In this document: positions 8,370-17,287 of the stretch, piece by piece | Layout: each line of letters begins with the position of its first letter | Numbering within the stretch: position 1 is the stretch's first letter | DNA from: Deltaproteobacteria bacterium | GTDB taxonomy: Bacteria; CG03; SLGR01; JBDRKX01 | Reading direction: 5' to 3' | Assembly: GCA_048634875.1 (NCBI GenBank) | Contig: JAIVZN010000003.1 | Coordinates: 1-49,201 of the forward strand | Length of the DNA stretch: 49,201 nt | Translations under genes and position numbers: made by a program | Notes under the pieces: model-generated | What the model was told of the DNA's origin: nothing | Databases searched by the model: none | What the model saw: only the letters and a program-made list of their open reading frames with translations

Positions 8370-10772
8370 ATGCAAGCTAAAATAAACGAATTAAAACCGG
8401 AAGATTTAAGATCTGAATGTGACCCTAAAATATTTAATTTTAAAACTACTGCTGATATAAAAGACGCCGATGTAATAATTAACCAGGATAGAGCAATGAA
8501 AGCCATTGATTTTGGACTCAACATTAAAAGTAACGGTTTTAATTTATATATATCAGGAATACCTGCTACAGGCAGAAATACAATGGTTTTAAAAAAGATC
8601 AAAAAAATTGCAGAAAAAGAACCTGTTCCTGAAGATATATGTTATCTTCATAATTTTAAAAACAACGACGAACCAAATGTACTGAAATTACCTCCTAAAA
8701 TGGGAAGCCAGTTAAAAAAAGACATGGAAGAGTTGATAAAAGAACTGGAGATAGAAATACAAAAAGCTTTTTCAGGAAAAGACTATGAAGATAAAAAGAA
8801 GGAAGTTTTAGCAAAAATTAGAATTGAAAAGGAGAAAATATCCGCTGAATTAGAAAATGATGCTAATTCAAAAGGATTTATGATACAGCAGTCTTTAACA
8901 GGATTAGTAGTTATAGCCTTAAAAGCTGGAAAACCAATGAAAGATAGAGATTACGCAAAATTATCTGAAAATGAAAGAAGGAATCTTGATAATGCGCAAA
9001 AGGAACTTCATGAAAAAATTCATGATTTCTCCAGAAAAATAAGAGATATTCAAAGAAGAATGAAAAACGAAATAGAAGAACTTGATAAAAAAATTGTATT
9101 TTTCACAATGTGGCTTTTAATAGATGACATAAAAAATAAATATAGAGCTTACAAAATAATTATTCAGCATTTAGATAATGTAGTAAAAGATATCCTTGAT
9201 AACTTAAGTTACTTTAAAAAATATGAGGCAGATGAACAGCAGCTTCTTATGCCTGCAGAGGATTCCAGGAAAAAATTACTTATTAAATACAAAGTTAATC
9301 TCCTTGTTGACAACTCTCTTACAAAGGGCGCTCCTGTAGTAGTTGAAGATAATCCGACATACTATAATCTTATAGGAAAGATAGAACACATTGCTCAGAT
9401 GGGAGTTTTATCAACAAATTTTACCATGATTAAACCGGGTTCAGTCCTGACGGCAAACGGAGGTTATTTAGTATTACAGGCAATGGACATTTTAAAAGAA
9501 TATTTTTCGTGGGAGGCTTTAAAAAAAGTTATAAAATACAAAAAAGCAAAAATTGAAAACCTCAGCGACAGGTATGGACTTATTGCTACTACCACATTAA
9601 AACCAGAACCTGTATCTGTTGATTTAAAAGTTATAATAATCGGCAACCCATATATATATCAGTTATTTTATATTTACGATGAAGATTTCAGAAAACTTTT
9701 TAAGATAAAGGCAGATTTTGATACAAGTATAAAAAAATCAAAAAGTGTTCTTAATAAGTATGCCCAACTTATAGCGACAAAATGCAAAGAAGAGAATTTA
9801 CTTCCTGTTAAAAATGATGCTGTAGCAGAGCTCATTGATTATAGCTCAAGAGTAAGTGAACATAAAGAGAAGCTGACCGCAAAATTCCTTGAAGTTGAAG
9901 ATATCTTAAGGGAATCTAACTACTGGGCAAAAAAAGATTCTGCAAAGGTTATTAAAAGAAAGCATGTAAAAAAAGCTCTTGCAGAAAAAATATACCGCTC
10001 TAACATGATAGAAAGCAAAATTCAGGAACTAATCAAAGAAAATACAATATATATTGACACGGATGGTAAACTTGCAGGCCAGATAAACGGGCTTGCCGTT
10101 CTTGATATGGGCGATTATGTATTTGGTAAACCATCAAGAATAACTGCAAAGACATTTATAGGAAAAGGTGAAGTAATAAACATTGAAAGAGAAATAGAAT
10201 TAAGCGGAAAAATTCATTCTAAAGGAGTGATGATTTTAAGCAGTTATTTAGGACATACATTTGCCCAGGATAAACCTCTTACTTTTTGCGGCAGTATCTG
10301 TTTTGAACAACTTTATGATGAAATAGACGGCGACAGCGCATCAAGTACGGAATTATACTGTTTGCTTTCTTCTCTTTCCGAGGTGCCGCTCAGACAGGAT
10401 ATTGCAGTTACAGGTTCAGTTAATCAAAATGGTGAAGTTCAACCTGTAGGCGGCATAAACGAGAAAATTGAAGGGTTTTACAAAGTCTGTAAAATAAAAG
10501 GCATAACCGGCAAACAGGGTGTTATGATACCTCACAGTAATATAAAGCATTTAATGTTAAATGATGAAGTAGTAAAAGCTGTTAAAGAAAATAAATTTCA
10601 CATCTATCCGGCAAAAACTATTAAACAGGGCATAGAAATATTAACCGGAATTAAAGCAGGAATCAGAAGAAAAGACGGGAAGTTCCAGAAAGGAACAATC
10701 AATTACATGGTTGATAAAAAACTGAAAGAATACGCAGATCTGTCATATAAGTTCGGCAAAGAAGAAAAATGA
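8370..10772 (+). CDS. Lon-like (LonC / AAA_32-S16) ATP-dependent protease
   Basis: QDRAMKAI.FG, ANGGYLVL, GQINGL, GKPSRIT, DGDSASS (catalytic Ser), GGINEKIEG (Lys). SD GGAGGT precedes ATG 8370. Confidence 0.9.
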   Translation: MQAKINELKPEDLRSECDPKIFNFKTTADIKDADVIINQDRAMKAIDFGLNIKSNGFNLYISGIPATGRNTMVLKKIKKIAEKEPVPEDICYLHNFKNNDEPNVLKLPPKMGSQLKKDMEELIKELEIEIQKAFSGKDYEDKKKEVLAKIRIEKEKISAELENDANSKGFMIQQSLTGLVVIALKAGKPMKDRDYAKLSENERRNLDNAQKELHEKIHDFSRKIRDIQRRMKNEIEELDKKIVFFTMWLLIDDIKNKYRAYKIIIQHLDNVVKDILDNLSYFKKYEADEQQLLMPAEDSRKKLLIKYKVNLLVDNSLTKGAPVVVEDNPTYYNLIGKIEHIAQMGVLSTNFTMIKPGSVLTANGGYLVLQAMDILKEYFSWEALKKVIKYKKAKIENLSDRYGLIATTTLKPEPVSVDLKVIIIGNPYIYQLFYIYDEDFRKLFKIKADFDTSIKKSKSVLNKYAQLIATKCKEENLLPVKNDAVAELIDYSSRVSEHKEKLTAKFLEVEDILRESNYWAKKDSAKVIKRKHVKKALAEKIYRSNMIESKIQELIKENTIYIDTDGKLAGQINGLAVLDMGDYVFGKPSRITAKTFIGKGEVINIEREIELSGKIHSKGVMILSSYLGHTFAQDKPLTFCGSICFEQLYDEIDGDSASSTELYCLLSSLSEVPLRQDIAVTGSVNQNGEVQPVGGINEKIEGFYKVCKIKGITGKQGVMIPHSNIKHLMLNDEVVKAVKENKFHIYPAKTIKQGIEILTGIKAGIRRKDGKFQKGTINYMVDKKLKEYADLSYKFGKEEK

Positions 10773-11554
10773 ATTTAATTGAAATAATAATATCAGGCGT
10801 ATTACAGGGATTTACAGAGTTTTTGCCTGTCAGCAGTTCAGGTCATTTAGTAATATTTCAAAATATTTTAAAAATAAACCAGCCCGGAATTACCATGAAT
10901 ATTTTTCTTCATACAGGAACACTGCTGTCTGTAATAGTAGTTTTCAGAAAAGATATTATGAAATTAATTATCGGCTTTTTAAAAACTTTTAAAAAAGAAA
11001 AAACAGATTATGGAAAATTATCGTGGCTGATATTAGCTGCAAATATTCCGGCAGGAGTGGTTGGAATATTATTCAGGGATAATATAGAAAAAATTTTTAC
11101 GAGCAGTTATTCAGTTTATATATTTTTGATCATAACAGGTATTTTTTTGTTTATAAGTAAATTTTGCAGGAATGATAAATTAGATATAAAGAATTTAACT
11201 TTACTAAAATCTCTGATAATAGGAATCGGGCAAATGGCGGCTATTTTACCCGGAATTTCAAGGTCAGGAATAACTATTACTACAGGCTTACTTCTTAAAC
11301 TAAAAAGAGAGGATGCAGTAAAATTTTCTTTTTTTATCATGCTCATAGCAGTTGCAGGAGCAACCGGGCTTGAGATTACAAAGTTAGATATGGCATCAAT
11401 TAATATTGCCGAACTGATAACAGGAATATTTATTTCATTTATTACAGGTTATATAGCTATAAAAATTTTATTAAGAATAGTTAGAAACTATAAGCTTCAT
11501 TATTTTTCATATTACTGTATTTCTGTCGGAATTATAGGAATTTTACTAAGTTAA
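10769..11554 (+). CDS. uppP: Undecaprenyl-diphosphatase
   Basis: QGFTEFLPVSSSGH and PGISRSG motifs; multi-TM. Confidence 0.95.
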   Translation: MNLIEIIISGVLQGFTEFLPVSSSGHLVIFQNILKINQPGITMNIFLHTGTLLSVIVVFRKDIMKLIIGFLKTFKKEKTDYGKLSWLILAANIPAGVVGILFRDNIEKIFTSSYSVYIFLIITGIFLFISKFCRNDKLDIKNLTLLKSLIIGIGQMAAILPGISRSGITITTGLLLKLKREDAVKFSFFIMLIAVAGATGLEITKLDMASINIAELITGIFISFITGYIAIKILLRIVRNYKLHYFSYYCISVGIIGILLS

Positions 11555-11566
11555 AAGGCAAGGTTT

Positions 11567-11597
11567 GACCCCCGTAATTCTAAAGAGTTTCGGGGTT
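11567..11597. terminator. Hairpin between convergent genes (possible terminator)
   Basis: gaccccc/cggggtt outer stem and aattct/agagtt inner stem, just after the uppP stop; no clear U-tract. Confidence 0.3.
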
Positions 11598-11619
11598 GAT
11601 ACACGAAAGTTAGAACTCA

Positions 11620-11748
11620 TTACCTGGGAATAATGCGAGATTTTGTTCCTTAATGAGAATGTTTCTTTTTACCCTTATGATAAAGAATAAAAATAGCCAA
11701 GATGGCTACAATAGAAAGAATGATAAAAAGGATACCTACAGCAGTCAT
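11620..11748 (-). CDS. Small single-TM protein (42 aa)
   Basis: Not in the ORF track. MTAVGILFIILSIVAILAIFILYHKGKRNILIKEQKSRIIPR; SD GAGGAG; starts 2 nt after the upstream gene's stop. Confidence 0.6.
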
Positions 11749-11750
11749 AA

Positions 11751-11945
11751 TTATATCTCCTCTTTTTCTAAAGTTAGACCTAATATGAAGAATAATACTG
11801 TCATAATTATTCCAGAAATGAATACCCAAAGTTTAAATTCCTTTCCGGCGATGAGTTGTCCAACTACTGATAATGTAAATACAACTTTGCTTAAGTCATA
11901 TACATATTTTGCAAGACTATCTTTCTGCTTTTTATTGAGCATCAT
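11751..11945 (-). CDS. Small two-TM hypothetical protein (DUF6722-like)
   Basis: MMLNKKQKDSLAKYVYDLSKVVF...GLTLEKEEI; two hydrophobic helices. Family resemblance is from memory. Confidence 0.6.
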   Translation of the reverse strand: MMLNKKQKDSLAKYVYDLSKVVFTLSVVGQLIAGKEFKLWVFISGIIMTVLFFILGLTLEKEEI

Positions 11946-12032
11946 TTCTAATTTATTTTTATCATATATGAAAAATTTTGTCAAATTGTTATTTTAGGCT
12001 TTTATTGGAAGACTATATAAGGAGAGGATATT

Positions 12033-14135
12033 ATGAAGAAGAAAATTGAGGAAATGGAAATACAAACAATAGATGAAATTTATGGCGAGCAGGTATTCAG
12101 CCTTAAAAATATGCGTAACTTTCTTTCAGAAAAGGCGTATAATTCATTAAGAGCAACAATAAAAAAAGGGCATCCTATTGACCCGACTATTGCAGATGAA
12201 GTAGCTGATGCTATGAAGATCTGGGCTGTCCAAAAAGGAGCAACTCATTTTACTCACTGGTTCCAGCCTCTGACAGGTACAACTGCCGAGAAACATGATT
12301 CATTTATATCTCCTGACGGCGAAGGCGGTGTTCTTCTCAAGTTTAAGGGAAAAGAACTTATCCAGGGCGAACCGGATGCTTCAAGTTTCCCTTCAGGCGG
12401 GTTGAGAGCTACCTTTGAAGCGAGGGGTTATACCGCATGGGACCCGACAAGTCCTGCTTTTATAAAAAAAGGTGAAAAAGGGTCAACACTGTGTATTCCG
12501 ACAGCATTTTATTCTTATAACGGCGAAGCTCTTGATAAGAAGACCCCTCTGCTCAGGTCTATTAACGCTCTTTCAAAACAGGTCTGCCGGTTGAGTAAAC
12601 TTTTCGGCATAGATACAAAGAATAAACGTATCTATACTACAATGGGGGCAGAACAGGAATATTTTCTTATTGACAGGGGTTTTTATGAGAGCCGTCTGGA
12701 TCTCATTCAAACAGGACGAACACTTTTTGGAAGAGTGCCTGCAAAACACCAGCAGATGAATGATCATTATTTTGGCGCAATAAAAACCAGGGTAATGTCT
12801 TTTATGGATGACCTTGACCGTGAACTCTGGAAATTAGGCATCCCGTCAAAGACCCGTCACAATGAAGTATGCCCGGCTCAATTTGAAATAGCGCCTGTTT
12901 TTGAAGAGTTAAACCTTGCAGTTGACCATAATATGTTAACAATGGAACTCTTACAGCAGGTTGCTGAACGGCATGGTTTTGTATGCCTGCTGCATGAAAA
13001 ACCTTTTGCAGGCGTAAATGGTTCAGGCAAACACAATAACTGGGCGCTCAATGGACCTGACGGAAAAAACTGGATGAGCCCCGGTGACAGCCCGCACGAA
13101 AATGCCAAATTTCTTACAATTATCTCGGCGCTTATAAAAGCTATTGATACTCACGCAGATATACTGAGAGCTTCGGTTGCTACTGCGGGCAATGACCACA
13201 GATTAGGCGCTAATGAGGCGCCCCCTGCAATTCTTTCTATCTTTCTCGGTGAACAGTTGTATAATATTATCGAGCAGATCATGAAAGGACAGGCTATGAG
13301 TTCAGAAAAAGGCAAAACAATAGAAATTGGCATTTCTTCGCTTCCGCCTTTAGCCCGCGATGTAACTGATCGTAACAGAACTTCACCTTTTGCATTTACC
13401 GGCGACAAATTTGAATTCCGCGCACTAGGTTCTAACCAGAACTGCGCAGATGCAAACATAGTTTTAAATACTATTGCCGCTGATGCTATAGAAGAAATCT
13501 GCACTCAATTAGAATCTGATATAAAATCCGGAAAAAACTTTAATGAGTCGCTACAGGCAATCTTACAAAAGATAGTAAAAAAACACAGCCGTATCCTGTT
13601 CAACGGTGATAACTATACCGAGGACTGGCATAATGAAGCTAAAAAACGAGGACTGCTTAATTTAAAGACAACTCCTGAGGCTCTTGAAGTAATGAAAGAA
13701 GAAAAAAACATAGCCCTGTTTGAAAAACATAGAGTTCTTTCAAAACCAGAATTTATTTCGCGCTACGAGATATATAAAAAACAATATATGCAGACAATCC
13801 TGATAGAAGCCGGCGTAGCTCTGAATATGACAAAGACTATGATTATTCCTGTGGCATTAGAATATCAAAATGTGCTTGCCGGTACTATTAAAAGCGTAAA
13901 AGATTGTGGCTGTGAAATAAGAAATACAGAGAAATTATTGAAGGAAATCTGCAGATTGACTGAGAATGCATTGGTCGGGACCAAGCAGCTTGAAGATTCT
14001 ATTAAACATAACTCTGCCGAACAAATGATTTCTGCCATGAACGAGCTGCGCAAGACAGTTGATGGACTGGAAGGCCTTCTGCCTGATGATAACTGGCCTT
14101 TGCCGACATACGCAGAAATGATGTTTATGATATAA
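12033..14135 (+). CDS. glnN: Glutamine synthetase type III
   Basis: THWFQPLTG.TAEKHDSF, GEPDASSFPSGG, HEKPFAGVNGSGKHNNW, DRNRTSPFAFTG, WPLPTY. Confidence 0.95.
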   Translation: MKKKIEEMEIQTIDEIYGEQVFSLKNMRNFLSEKAYNSLRATIKKGHPIDPTIADEVADAMKIWAVQKGATHFTHWFQPLTGTTAEKHDSFISPDGEGGVLLKFKGKELIQGEPDASSFPSGGLRATFEARGYTAWDPTSPAFIKKGEKGSTLCIPTAFYSYNGEALDKKTPLLRSINALSKQVCRLSKLFGIDTKNKRIYTTMGAEQEYFLIDRGFYESRLDLIQTGRTLFGRVPAKHQQMNDHYFGAIKTRVMSFMDDLDRELWKLGIPSKTRHNEVCPAQFEIAPVFEELNLAVDHNMLTMELLQQVAERHGFVCLLHEKPFAGVNGSGKHNNWALNGPDGKNWMSPGDSPHENAKFLTIISALIKAIDTHADILRASVATAGNDHRLGANEAPPAILSIFLGEQLYNIIEQIMKGQAMSSEKGKTIEIGISSLPPLARDVTDRNRTSPFAFTGDKFEFRALGSNQNCADANIVLNTIAADAIEEICTQLESDIKSGKNFNESLQAILQKIVKKHSRILFNGDNYTEDWHNEAKKRGLLNLKTTPEALEVMKEEKNIALFEKHRVLSKPEFISRYEIYKKQYMQTILIEAGVALNMTKTMIIPVALEYQNVLAGTIKSVKDCGCEIRNTEKLLKEICRLTENALVGTKQLEDSIKHNSAEQMISAMNELRKTVDGLEGLLPDDNWPLPTYAEMMFMI

Positions 14136-14147
14136 GGAGAATATTTT

Positions 14148-14798
14148 ATGTTTGGTAGAAAAAAAGAGAGAGAAGTAAAAAATTTAATTATGGAACATTT
14201 AAAAAAAGTATCCCAGACACTTGAAAATATGATGCTGGCTATGGAACATTACATTAAAGGGGAATGCGAATCTGCCAGAAGTGAATCTTATGATGTGCAT
14301 CTATTAGAAACAGAAGCTGATTCCAAAAGAAGAGAAATTATTGAAAAACTTTATCTTGGCGCCTTCATGCCAATACTGCGGGAAGATCTGATACGGTTAG
14401 TTGCGCATCAGGACAAAATTGCAGACAGAGCAGAAAGCTGCTGTGATTTTTGCCTTTCCCAGCGGCCGCAGGTTACTGAAAAATACAGGGATACTTTTCT
14501 CAAATTACTGAGAGAGTCCACTAAAACTTTTCAGCCTTACAGAGAGGCAATTGAAGGCATGTTTGATGAAAATAAAAGTTATGAAACAACAAAATCAAAA
14601 ATACACGAAGTCAACACACAGGAAGAAATAGCTGATACCGTAGAATGGCAATTAACAAAAGATATCTTTGCGTCATCTCTTGATTTAGCTCACAAAATAC
14701 ACCTGAGGGAGTTCATCTTTCATATTGTAACAATTTCCGATGTCATTGAAGATGCAGCCGACGATATTGATTTGCACATTATAAAACACCAGATTTGA
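14148..14798 (+). CDS. DUF47/TIGR00153 phosphate transport regulator (PhoU-like)
   Basis: E.EAD..RR.I...L..GAF.P..REDL and a second E..AD repeat; adjacent to PiT. Confidence 0.85.
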   Translation: MFGRKKEREVKNLIMEHLKKVSQTLENMMLAMEHYIKGECESARSESYDVHLLETEADSKRREIIEKLYLGAFMPILREDLIRLVAHQDKIADRAESCCDFCLSQRPQVTEKYRDTFLKLLRESTKTFQPYREAIEGMFDENKSYETTKSKIHEVNTQEEIADTVEWQLTKDIFASSLDLAHKIHLREFIFHIVTISDVIEDAADDIDLHIIKHQI

Positions 14799-14811
14799 AT
14801 ACTGAAAATTA

Positions 14812-15756
14812 ATGTTTAAATTTTTTCCGGGAATATATATGGGCTGGGGGCTTGGAGCTAATGATGCAGCTAATGTTTTCGGGCCGCAGACACATTCGGG
14901 CACAATAAGCTTTTCCTGGGCTGTCAGATTAACAGCTATCTTTGTTATACTTGGCGCTGTCTTAGAAGGAGACAAATGTTTCGCCCAGATAGGAGGATTA
15001 ACTTCTTCATGCAGCCTGGCAGAAGCCTCTTTAGCTATATTAACAGGTGCTGTTACAATACATATTATGAGTTTTCTGAAGCTTCCTGCCTCTACTAGTC
15101 ACGCTATTGTCGGCTCTCTAATTGGAGTAAGTTTAGCTTATGGCAGAGAGATTAATATGGGACGGCTCGGTAATTCTATTATTTCGTGGATTGTAACACC
15201 TGTTTCCGCTGCCTTACTTGCCGCTATCCTCTACCATCTACTCAATGTATACTGGTCAAAAAAAATAAAGAATTTCATGCTTTTTAACCGTATTGTAAAA
15301 ATTGCCTCAATTTTAATCGGTTGTTACGGCGCTTATTCCTTAGGCGCCAATAATCTTGCCAATGTTGTCGGGCCATATGTGGGTATTGGCGCCTTATCAG
15401 CATTCCGGGGGCAGATTATAGGAGGTGTGGCAATTGCTGTTGGGGTGCTTACTTATTCAAAAAATGTAATGGGTACTGTAGGAAGAGGAATTACTGCTTT
15501 AGATCCGTTCAGCGCTTTAGTTACCATATTAAGCGGGGCTATTGTTCTTCATTTTTTTGCTCAGTTAGGAATCCCTGTTTCTTCTTCCCAGGCTATTGTC
15601 GGAGCTGTTTTAGGGGTGGGGCTACTGAAGGGAGCCAGGACAGTAAGCTATAAAAAATTATTTCAAATATTCATTGGATGGATGGTAACTTTAGGCGGCT
15701 CCATTGCTTTTGCAGCATCTGTGGCCTGCCTCTACAAAATATGTACCAAAAATTAA
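14812..15756 (+). CDS. Inorganic phosphate transporter, PiT family
   Basis: GANDAAN and GANNLAN repeats; P.STSH and PVSSSQ motifs. Confidence 0.9.
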   Translation: MFKFFPGIYMGWGLGANDAANVFGPQTHSGTISFSWAVRLTAIFVILGAVLEGDKCFAQIGGLTSSCSLAEASLAILTGAVTIHIMSFLKLPASTSHAIVGSLIGVSLAYGREINMGRLGNSIISWIVTPVSAALLAAILYHLLNVYWSKKIKNFMLFNRIVKIASILIGCYGAYSLGANNLANVVGPYVGIGALSAFRGQIIGGVAIAVGVLTYSKNVMGTVGRGITALDPFSALVTILSGAIVLHFFAQLGIPVSSSQAIVGAVLGVGLLKGARTVSYKKLFQIFIGWMVTLGGSIAFAASVACLYKICTKN

Positions 15757-17129
15757 ATAATAAACTGATAAATATACTTACCGGCATAGTCGGCAGGGAA
15801 AATATTCACACAGAACCTGCAGACATTGAACCATTTGCAAGGGATGAAACCCTTAATGCGTATTTCCCTCCCGAGGCAGTGGTGTATCCGCAAGACAACC
15901 GCCAGATTCAGGAAATATTAAAACTTGCAAATGCTGAAAATTTTCCTGTAATACCCCGTGGCGGAGGCACAGGTTTGACAGGAGGCGCATTAGCTGCGAG
16001 TGGCGGTGTAGTTATTGTTTTTGAACGGTTTAACAGGATTATAGATATAGATACAGATAACCGGATGGCAGTTTGCCAGCCGGGTGTTATTAACGGGGTA
16101 CTCCAGAGCGAATCAGAAAAAGTAAATCTTTTCTATCCGGTTAATCCTGCGTCAATGGATTCCTGCACATTAGGAGGAAATGTAGCTGAGGCTGCAGGAG
16201 GAGCGAATACAGTAAGATACGGCACAACAAGAAATTATATAACAGGGATAAGTGCTGTAACAGGCAGCGGGAACAACTGGTGCGCAGGCGGAAAAGTAGT
16301 AAAAAATTCAACAGACATGAGCCTCATACAACTTATGTGCGGCAGTGAAGGAACTTTATCAATCTTTACTGAACTGATTTTCAGGTTAATCCCGAAACCT
16401 GTAAAAACCATATGGATTATTGCGCCGTTTAAGGATATTTACAGGATACCTTTAACTGCAGGAAAAATATTCCTGGAGAATTGTAATCCTACAATGGTAG
16501 AGCTTATGGATTCTTCCACGCTTTCTTTATGCAGTTCTTATTTAAAGATGGATATACAGTTCAGTGAATATCATCAGCTTTTAGTTAGATTTGATTCAAA
16601 TAACCCTGATGAATTAAAGAAATTATCCGTTAAAATTGGACAGTTATGTCTTGAAAACGGCGCAGAAGATGTGTTGATAGCAGAGACAAAAACAGAACAG
16701 GAAAAAATATGGAAAATTAGAAGTTCAATTCACGATGCCATTGTAAATGAAGCAAAATCCGTATGTGAAGAAGATGTTGTTGTTCCTGTCCGAAGAGTTA
16801 CAGAACTCATAAAAAATGTGCACGCAATTTCCGATAAACATGGAATGCTGCCCGTGATTTTCGGCCATCTTGGAGATGGAAACATGCATCTCAATTTTAT
16901 TTCAAACGGCAATGAATATTCCCATGAAAAGATTAACAGGCTAAGAGAGGATGTCTTTAAAACTGCGCTGAATTTAGGCGGAAAACTTTCAGGTGAACAC
17001 GGTATCGGTATTTCCAAGAAACCATTTTTTGGAAAATTCATGGACACCGGTTATATAAAACTATTAAAAAAAATAAAAAGAGATTTTGATCCAAATAATA
17101 TTCTCAATCCTGGTAAGATTTTTGATTAA
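15741..17129 (+). CDS. FAD-binding oxidoreductase, GlcD/D-2-hydroxyacid dehydrogenase family
   Basis: PRGGGTGL.GG, GSEGTL, GHLGDGNMH, SGEHGIG, DPNNILNPGK. ATG 15741 chosen over 15678. Confidence 0.9.
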   Translation: MYQKLNNKLINILTGIVGRENIHTEPADIEPFARDETLNAYFPPEAVVYPQDNRQIQEILKLANAENFPVIPRGGGTGLTGGALAASGGVVIVFERFNRIIDIDTDNRMAVCQPGVINGVLQSESEKVNLFYPVNPASMDSCTLGGNVAEAAGGANTVRYGTTRNYITGISAVTGSGNNWCAGGKVVKNSTDMSLIQLMCGSEGTLSIFTELIFRLIPKPVKTIWIIAPFKDIYRIPLTAGKIFLENCNPTMVELMDSSTLSLCSSYLKMDIQFSEYHQLLVRFDSNNPDELKKLSVKIGQLCLENGAEDVLIAETKTEQEKIWKIRSSIHDAIVNEAKSVCEEDVVVPVRRVTELIKNVHAISDKHGMLPVIFGHLGDGNMHLNFISNGNEYSHEKINRLREDVFKTALNLGGKLSGEHGIGISKKPFFGKFMDTGYIKLLKKIKRDFDPNNILNPGKIFD

Positions 17130-17208
17130 TCCAGCCCTTCCATTACTTACAGTGTTCTTTTTATTTCATTTAACACAGAAAATTATAAATTAGCGACTTT
17201 CCTGTTTT

Positions 17209-17236
17209 TTGAAAAAAGCTCCAATTAAAGTATAAT
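17209..17236 (+). promoter_or_regulatory. Possible sigma70 promoter for the RND operon
   Basis: TTGAAA-16bp-TATAAT about 50 nt upstream of the start codon. Confidence 0.45.
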
Positions 17237-17287
17237 AAGTGAAACAATTTTATATTTTCAACTGTCTAAATATATAGATAAAAAATT

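Noticed and set aside
11559-11572. caaggtttgacccc motif reminiscent of ends near REP-associated transposases
   Set aside because: Single 14-bp occurrence with no partner end or transposase; the resemblance is from memory only.
11653-11997. 114-aa + strand ORF
   Set aside because: It is antisense to two minus-strand ORFs with clear TM patterns (one with a good SD) and has no SD or motif of its own.
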